From NCBI GenBank assembly GCA_965222115.1, contig CBDCTJ010000007.1:2016001-2080000 (forward strand): a DNA stretch of 64,000 nucleotides, in the 5' to 3' direction. Numbering within the stretch: position 1 is the stretch's first letter; every line of letters starts with the position of its first letter. Shown here piece by piece: positions 59,027 through 64,000 of this stretch. The DNA is from Planctomycetota bacterium (GTDB lineage: Bacteria; Planctomycetota; PLA2; JAEUHO01). The position numbers and the translations under genes are program-made. The notes beneath the pieces are model-generated. The model was not told the DNA's origin. It saw only the letters and a program-made list of their open reading frames with translations, and ran no database searches.

Positions 59027-60628
59027 CTAGTTCAACCCGCCGATGCCGTCCGGCGTAGCGAGCACGTGTGTCCATGTGCCGGCTTCAACCGTGAACTCGA
59101 GGCGAACGATGGGGTTCGGGCTACCCGACTCGATGATGGTCGCTAGCGTGGGCCAGCTATTCGCGTCGTATTCGATCGACACGGTGCGTTCGTATAAGTC
59201 GTCGCCGTCATCGTCGTGGTCTTCCATCAGAACGTTTCCGTTGGCGTCGAACACATTGCGCCATTGCTCAGAGATCTGGCCCGACGTCTGGTAGTCGATG
59301 CGAGTCGCATACGTAGCCAAACCCAGATACGTGTTTTTCCGACGCGTGCTGGTGCCACCGATGAGATCGGCAATGACGCTCTCCAATCGACGTCCGTCGG
59401 CATCATAGGTAAATGTCTCACGCGACTCGAGGCCCAAGCCGCCAACCTCTTCGTGTTCGCGCATCGTGAGCAAGCATGCAGCATTCCACGTCATGGTCCG
59501 GCGCTGCTCGACAGAACCATCGTTTCCTTGATCGACTTCGACCATCGTCGGGTTTCTGCGCGTGTCGTACGTAGTGGTCTCCTTCGTCACGCTCCCCGGA
59601 TTGTTGAAGAAGTGAATGTCACTGAGAAGAACGCCAATCGAATCGTAGACCCAGGAGCGCGATTGGGGATCGACTGGACTCCCCGGTTCCTTGAGCGTTG
59701 CAAGGATCGGATACCCCCATGCGTTGTAGCTTGACACGAGCGTGTCCACCACGGCACCGCCGTCCTTGCGTGTTCGCGTCGTGGGGTGACCATTGGACTC
59801 GTAGGTGTAGCTGTACGTCTTACCTTCGGGTGCCGGCTCTTGAAGTACGCGGCCACCAGGTCCGTAGACCCAGTTTTCCACGCGTACGATGGACGAGGTA
59901 CTGAGATCAATGACTTCTACATGTATTCGATTTCCGAGCGCATCATAGGTGCGAGTATCTCGGAAGTCCGCCGTGTCATCATCGTCGATGTCGGCCGTAC
60001 TTTCGCCAATGCGATAGAAGCGATGCTGCACACCCAGATCTCGATAGAGTTGATCAAGCACGACGCCGGTGAGCGGGATGGGGTGTCCTGCACCTCCCCA
60101 TACACCAAGCGCCAGTCCGTCTTTGCGAAGCGTGCGCAGCGCAAGGCTTGAGCGGAACTTGTCTACGGGGAGCGTCAAGTCGAGACCCGCGCCATCGAGC
60201 AGCGTGGAGACCTGAATGCCATTGGAAGGATTGCTGTCGACGTCGAGGAAGTAGATGAGTGTGGCAAGATTGGCGAGTTTGATGAACGCGCTATCGTGTC
60301 GAATCGCATTGCGCGCGTGTCCGTTGGTGAGAGGCAACGTGACGCCGGGACAGAGGTCGAGCAACGTGAGTGATCCGCCTGCGGGAACGCTTCCAAGATC
60401 AAGCGTTCCGACTCGAAAGGTGATCGTCTCACCCGGCATGTAGGTGTACTCACCGGACGCGCCGGTGTGGCCCTGCTGGGTTGGTGTTTCGTAGACCAGC
60501 CCCTCGATCGAGACCCCCGACAACGTGCCGATGGGCGGGCCATCACCGCCACCGCCCCCGCCGCCACCGCAGCAGGGAAGTCCGATGGCCAACGACAATG
60601 CAAGTACGACCCGAGTGGCTAAATTCAT
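59027..60628 (-). CDS. Lipoprotein with YD-like beta-hairpin repeats
   Basis: Lipobox followed by poly-Gly; TYDALGN, TYDADGR, FDANGN repeats with DxDxDG-like loops. Confidence 0.7.
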   Translation of the reverse strand: MNLATRVVLALSLAIGLPCCGGGGGGGGDGPPIGTLSGVSIEGLVYETPTQQGHTGASGEYTYMPGETITFRVGTLDLGSVPAGGSLTLLDLCPGVTLPLTNGHARNAIRHDSAFIKLANLATLIYFLDVDSNPSNGIQVSTLLDGAGLDLTLPVDKFRSSLALRTLRKDGLALGVWGGAGHPIPLTGVVLDQLYRDLGVQHRFYRIGESTADIDDDDTADFRDTRTYDALGNRIHVEVIDLSTSSIVRVENWVYGPGGRVLQEPAPEGKTYSYTYESNGHPTTRTRKDGGAVVDTLVSSYNAWGYPILATLKEPGSPVDPQSRSWVYDSIGVLLSDIHFFNNPGSVTKETTTYDTRRNPTMVEVDQGNDGSVEQRRTMTWNAACLLTMREHEEVGGLGLESRETFTYDADGRRLESVIADLIGGTSTRRKNTYLGLATYATRIDYQTSGQISEQWRNVFDANGNVLMEDHDDDGDDLYERTVSIEYDANSWPTLATIIESGSPNPIVRLEFTVEAGTWTHVLATPDGIGGLN

Positions 60629-60836
60629 GATGAGGGGGTCTCCGGAAGAGAGGAACGAAATGAGACGGATGCACTGTTCTTGAGTCGCGTGTCGTCCAAC
60701 AATTTCAAAGAAGTCGAGCGTACGCGTGGGACTTCGTTTGAAACGTGAAGTGACTGGGATGGTGGCGGTGGTCGAAATGCTCACGCGAACGAAATGTGCC
60801 CCTTTGTATCCGGGGTTTGCGAGCTAGCATTCACGC

Positions 60837-62096
60837 GTGATTGCACCCCCCGAGACCTCAGACGCATCGGCAACGACGAAAGGCGTGCGGCCCTGCCGTG
60901 TCCTGTTTGTTGGTGGCGGTACGGCGGGTCATTTGGCGCCCGGGTTCGCACTGAGCGACGCGCTTCAGGCGCTTGGCGTGGAAACGCTGTTCGCCACGCC
61001 GGGCGAGGGTCGAGAGACCGCATGGTTTGCGGGTCGTCCGCCCCCGATTCGTTTGCCGGCTTCGCGCATTCCCCGCACGTGGATGGGCAAGGCTGGATTT
61101 CCCGCGCGCTTTCTCACACAGACGATTCGTTGTGGTCGCTCATTGGGGCGACTCGAGGTTGATTGTGTGGTTGCGTTGGGGGGCTGGCCGTGCGCCGCAC
61201 CTGCCCTTGCGGCATCACGTGCTGGCATTCCACTTGTGTTCGTCGCCGTCGATGCCGTACCGGGCAGAGTCGTGCGCTGGTTGGGAAAGCGTGCCGATCG
61301 CATCTACGTTGCGCATGAGAGCACGCGAGACATCCTGGCATTGGGGGCGCGCGTTGTCGTAACAGGGCCCCTCATTGACACAGATCGACTTGCCTGTCAA
61401 CCCGACACTGCCGCGTTCGGCCTGTCTTCGACCAAGCGGACGTTGCTAGTTACAGGTGGCAGCCTTGGCGCGCTCACGCTGAATCGACGCGTTGTTGCGG
61501 GTCTTGAGCATGCACTGTCGCAAGACGCCTCGCTCATTGATCGACTTCAGGTCATTCATCAAGTGGGTGGCGAAGATAAGGAAACGGAGGCCCACTATCA
61601 GCGTCTCGGCATCCAGCACTTTGTTCGCCCCTTCTTGAGCGATGCGAGCGATCAGTCTATGGGGGCCGCATATGCCGTTGCCGATCTCGCCCTTGCCCGT
61701 GGAGGCGCGAATACCGTGGGCGAGTTGATTGCCACGGTGACACCCGCGGTCGTTGTGCCCTATCCGTTTCATACGGATCGACAACAACACCGAAACGCAG
61801 AGATGCCGGTCGCCGCCGGTGGCGCCATCCTTGTGGAGCAAGCGGACCTATCCCCTGACCGAATTGCGGACGAAATCGTGCCCCTTTTGCTTGATGAAAA
61901 TCAGACCGGCGTGATGCGTGCCGCTCTTGAGGCCCTGCAGGCAAATCGTACGTACAAAGACGCAGAAAAATGCGACGTAGCGAGTGAAACCGCGCGCGAC
62001 TTGATCCGATTCCTAGACATGGGCCCGGAGCCAACGGGAAAGCCCAAGCAATTGGCCCAGCACGCCTCGGGATCGGGAGCCACGAATGTCGGATGA
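60837..62096 (+). CDS. murG: MurG glycosyltransferase
   Basis: GGGTAGH, GGSLGA, RGGANT..EL, VPYP..Q..NA. Confidence 0.92.
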   Translation: MIAPPETSDASATTKGVRPCRVLFVGGGTAGHLAPGFALSDALQALGVETLFATPGEGRETAWFAGRPPPIRLPASRIPRTWMGKAGFPARFLTQTIRCGRSLGRLEVDCVVALGGWPCAAPALAASRAGIPLVFVAVDAVPGRVVRWLGKRADRIYVAHESTRDILALGARVVVTGPLIDTDRLACQPDTAAFGLSSTKRTLLVTGGSLGALTLNRRVVAGLEHALSQDASLIDRLQVIHQVGGEDKETEAHYQRLGIQHFVRPFLSDASDQSMGAAYAVADLALARGGANTVGELIATVTPAVVVPYPFHTDRQQHRNAEMPVAAGGAILVEQADLSPDRIADEIVPLLLDENQTGVMRAALEALQANRTYKDAEKCDVASETARDLIRFLDMGPEPTGKPKQLAQHASGSGATNVG

Positions 62097-63630
62097 AGCA
62101 CGCATCATCGTGGGGCAACAAACCGATCGGCATGCCGCCGACCCCATGGATGTTCGACGGTCCGATCCCGTGCCCCAACCCACGCCTACACGTGCAACAC
62201 GCTTTGCCCCGGTACGCCAATCGCGCCCGGCCGGTCCCGACGTCCGCCTGTCCGACGTAAAAAGCGTCTATTTGATTGGCATCGGCGGTGTGGGCATGGG
62301 CGGCGCGGCACGCCTCTTGGCGGCGCGCGGCATTCGTATACAAGGCAGCGATCGCGACCAGGCGCGAGGCGTAGAGAATGTAGCGTCGCTCAGTTTGCGC
62401 GAGCCGGTGCCGGTTCATGCCGAGGCCCAGACGCTCCCCGGCGATGTGGACTTGGTCGTGTTCTCAGCGGCCGTTCCCGAGGTCCATCTTCAACTTCAGC
62501 AGGCCCGCGAACGAGAGATCCCCACTTGGAAGTATTCCCAACTCGTGGGCGCCTTGATGGAAGACCGCTTTGCGATTTGCGTGGCGGGTAGTCATGGCAA
62601 GACCACCACGTCTTCACTGATTGCCTCGGGACTCGTGTCGGTCGATCTCGACCCCAGCTTCGTAATTGGCGGCACGCTGCGGGCATTCGGTTCGGGCGCA
62701 CGTCACGGAAAGGGCACGGCCTTTATCGCCGAGTCTTGCGAATTCGATCGCTCGTTCCACAACCACTTTCCAAGCGTGGCCGTCATCACCAACGTGGACC
62801 AAGATCACCTCGATTACTACGAAGATCTTGCTGAGATTCAGGAAGCCTTCCGGGTGTTTGCCGCACGCGTTCCGGCGGGTGGCAAAGTGATTGTCAACGA
62901 AGCGTTCGCGCCTCTATTCCTGGACGACGATCGCATCCAGGCGCGTATTGAGACGTTTGGCTTCGGTGACGATGCACGCTGGCAAGCGCGCAACCCCCAG
63001 CTCTGTAACGGCGGCTGGCAAACCGAGTTTACGCTCGCGCACGCCGGCATGGATCTTGGCCGCGTGCGCATTCCCTTGCTCGGTCGTTACAACGTACTCA
63101 ATGCCACTGCGGCCGCCGCGGCTATGGCGTCTGCCGATCTGTCCGTGAAACAGATCGCCGATGGCCTAGAGGCCTTTGGTGGCGTGGGCCGTCGCCTGGA
63201 ACTCGTCGCCGACGTCGAAGGCGTGCGCATTCTTGATGACTACGGCCATCATCCGGCCGAGATTCGCGCGGTGATTCGCGCCTTACGACGCCGATACCCT
63301 GAGCGTCGATTGATTATCGTGTTTCAGCCCCACCAGGCGAGTCGCACCCGCTGTTTGATGACCGACTTTGCGGCGGTCTTGGCTGAGGCGAACGAAGTGT
63401 GGATGCCGCCGATTTACTTTGCCCGTGACAGCGAAGAGGAACGTCGTCGTGTGACGTCGGAAGACCTGGCCGCCCACATTCGCAACGAAGGTGGGGCGTC
63501 ACGTACGTTGCCCAATCTGGGCGCAGTGATCGATCACGCGTTACGGCATCTAAATCCACGTGATGTCCTCGTCACCATGGGTGCCGGCAACGTAGATGAG
63601 GTGGCACGTGGTATTGCCGAGCGTCTTTGA
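62086..63630 (+). CDS. murC: UDP-MurNAc--L-alanine ligase MurC
   Basis: IGIGGVGM, GSHGKTTT, DHLD, DDYGHHPAEI, FQPH, MGAG. Confidence 0.95.
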   Translation: MSDEARIIVGQQTDRHAADPMDVRRSDPVPQPTPTRATRFAPVRQSRPAGPDVRLSDVKSVYLIGIGGVGMGGAARLLAARGIRIQGSDRDQARGVENVASLSLREPVPVHAEAQTLPGDVDLVVFSAAVPEVHLQLQQAREREIPTWKYSQLVGALMEDRFAICVAGSHGKTTTSSLIASGLVSVDLDPSFVIGGTLRAFGSGARHGKGTAFIAESCEFDRSFHNHFPSVAVITNVDQDHLDYYEDLAEIQEAFRVFAARVPAGGKVIVNEAFAPLFLDDDRIQARIETFGFGDDARWQARNPQLCNGGWQTEFTLAHAGMDLGRVRIPLLGRYNVLNATAAAAAMASADLSVKQIADGLEAFGGVGRRLELVADVEGVRILDDYGHHPAEIRAVIRALRRRYPERRLIIVFQPHQASRTRCLMTDFAAVLAEANEVWMPPIYFARDSEEERRRVTSEDLAAHIRNEGGASRTLPNLGAVIDHALRHLNPRDVLVTMGAGNVDEVARGIAERL

Positions 63631-64000
63631 GCCAGCGCGCCTGTCGGCGCCGCCCTTGGCGACCCGCACGTCACTCAAGATCGGCGGTCGTCCGGAACTT
63701 TTCTTCGAACCTGAAACACGGGACGAAGCCGCCGAGATCATTCGTGCGCTCCGTGAGCAGGGAGTGCCCATCCACTTTTTGGGCGGCGGCTATAACGTGT
63801 TGGTTCGCGACGGCGTGCTGCCCGGTGCGGTCATTACCTCGCGTCGCTTGACCTATACGCGGCGTGAGCGCGACTGCGTTGTGGTCGGGGCCGGTATTTC
63901 GTTTCCGCGTTTGGTACGCAACGCTGCGGCGTGGCACATTCCAACGATCTCCGGTTGTCCAGGCATCCCAGGCCAAGTGGGCGGCGTGATTGCCATGAAT
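63608..64000 (+). CDS. murB: UDP-N-acetylenolpyruvoylglucosamine reductase MurB (3'-truncated by window edge)
   Basis: Manual translation: PLATRTSLKIGGRP, LGGGYNVLVRDG, GAG, GIPGQVGG..AMN. Confidence 0.9.
   Translation, partial: MVLPSVFEPARLSAPPLATRTSLKIGGRPELFFEPETRDEAAEIIRALREQGVPIHFLGGGYNVLVRDGVLPGAVITSRRLTYTRRERDCVVVGAGISFPRLVRNAAAWHIPTISGCPGIPGQVGGVIAMN

Noticed and set aside
59027-60628. Rhs polymorphic toxin
   Set aside because: No PxxxxDPxG core, C-terminal toxin domain or immunity gene

Overview
GC-rich bacterial chromosome segment using standard code 11. The host is a diderm (TolC, lipoproteins) and probably Planctomycetota, inferred from the tandem carboxypeptidase-regulatory-like proteins and the vWA-like protein. 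Positions 1-33 kb hold, in order: five tandem membrane-anchored beta-sandwich proteins around tRNA-Leu(CAA); a TlpA-like redoxin split by an in-frame TGA (probable selenoprotein with a SECIS-like hairpin); an 8xPASTA protein; HEAT, FKBP and FGGY-kinase genes; 2-oxoacid:ferredoxin oxidoreductase alpha/beta; a methyltransferase flanked by 33-bp palindromic repeats; a TPR-adenylate cyclase plus transmembrane HEPN-RNase operon; tRNA-Ser(GGA); a K+ channel and an EamA transporter. Positions 33.5-64 kb hold a dcw cluster (mraZ-rsmH-ftsL-ftsI-murE-murF-mraY-ftsW ... murG-murC-murB) with no murD in the window. The cluster is split by about 17.7 kb containing an FHA kinase, an AT-richer kinase/NTPase/TPR-metacaspase operon, a vWA-like protein, a His-rich lipoprotein with an RND efflux system, and a YD-like lipoprotein. 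The most notable items are the kinase-metacaspase module, the cyclase-HEPN pair, a LysM-like domain inserted in MraY, the selenoprotein, and a probable ATT start for rsmH. All family calls come from motif recognition by eye; no searches were run.
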